DNA of 64,000 nucleotides, from NCBI RefSeq assembly GCF_033153115.1, contig NW_026889779.1:29760001-29824000 (forward strand), written 5' to 3'. A program made the translations under genes and the position numbers. A model generated the notes under the pieces. The model made no database searches, had not been told where the DNA came from, and saw only the letters and a list, made by a program, of their open reading frames with translations. This DNA comes from Saccostrea echinata. Taxonomy: Eukaryota. Below, piece after piece: positions 63,741-64,000 of this stretch. Position 1 is the first letter of the stretch. Every line of letters begins with the position of its first letter.

Positions 63741-64000
63741 CTTGTTCATGAATTTAGAGGAACAGGACATTTTCAACGCTCACAATGACTTCCACTCATG
63801 AGATATGACCATGGATCAAGATTGCAATAAACCAAGCATGCAGGAATAAGAATTGTGTGAAGTACATGCATGTCATTTTCGTTTATGGCTTGTCCAGGAT
63901 AATTCTTCAATCAATAGCATATGATAATCAAGAAAATGAGTCAGTATACCATATGAGAAACAACAATAAAGTAGACAGTATTAAGTTATTCTCTTCTTTG

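Overview
AT-rich, repeat-dense eukaryotic genomic DNA. The repeat content (Helentron/HINE satellites, IS3EU-, Crypton- and Penelope-type elements) suggests a bivalve, probably an oyster; this is inferred, not proven. One 135-N gap lies at 10647-10781. Host genes reconstructed by hand from GT-AG splice sites: eIF5A (minus strand, ~1.2-6.2 kb); a Y-box/cold-shock-domain gene (plus, 18968-24352, 274 aa) arranged head-to-head with eIF5A; an uncharacterised 184-aa four-TM gene (minus, 29645-34339); and three tandem intronless GT10 alpha-1,3-fucosyltransferases (minus, 51.4-58.7 kb), one split by a transposon. The 35-54 kb segment is a cluster of IS3EU-type DNA transposons (TAY...RTA ends, 6-bp TSD). 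Its centre is a 10.3-kb element (38176-48518) with an uninterrupted 9-exon, 386-aa DDE transposase and a convergent, decayed HECT E3-ligase C-lobe. Its right end is a ~1.07-kb inverted copy of its own left end, including transposase exons 1-3 in antisense. It sits inside the terminal repeats of two relatives and carries a further nested element. Other notable points are the eIF5A/Y-box head-to-head arrangement (as recalled for human YBX2-EIF5A), a candidate mutually exclusive microexon in the Y-box gene, and two possible eIF5A C-termini. Most short ORFs in the supplied track are repeat artefacts.
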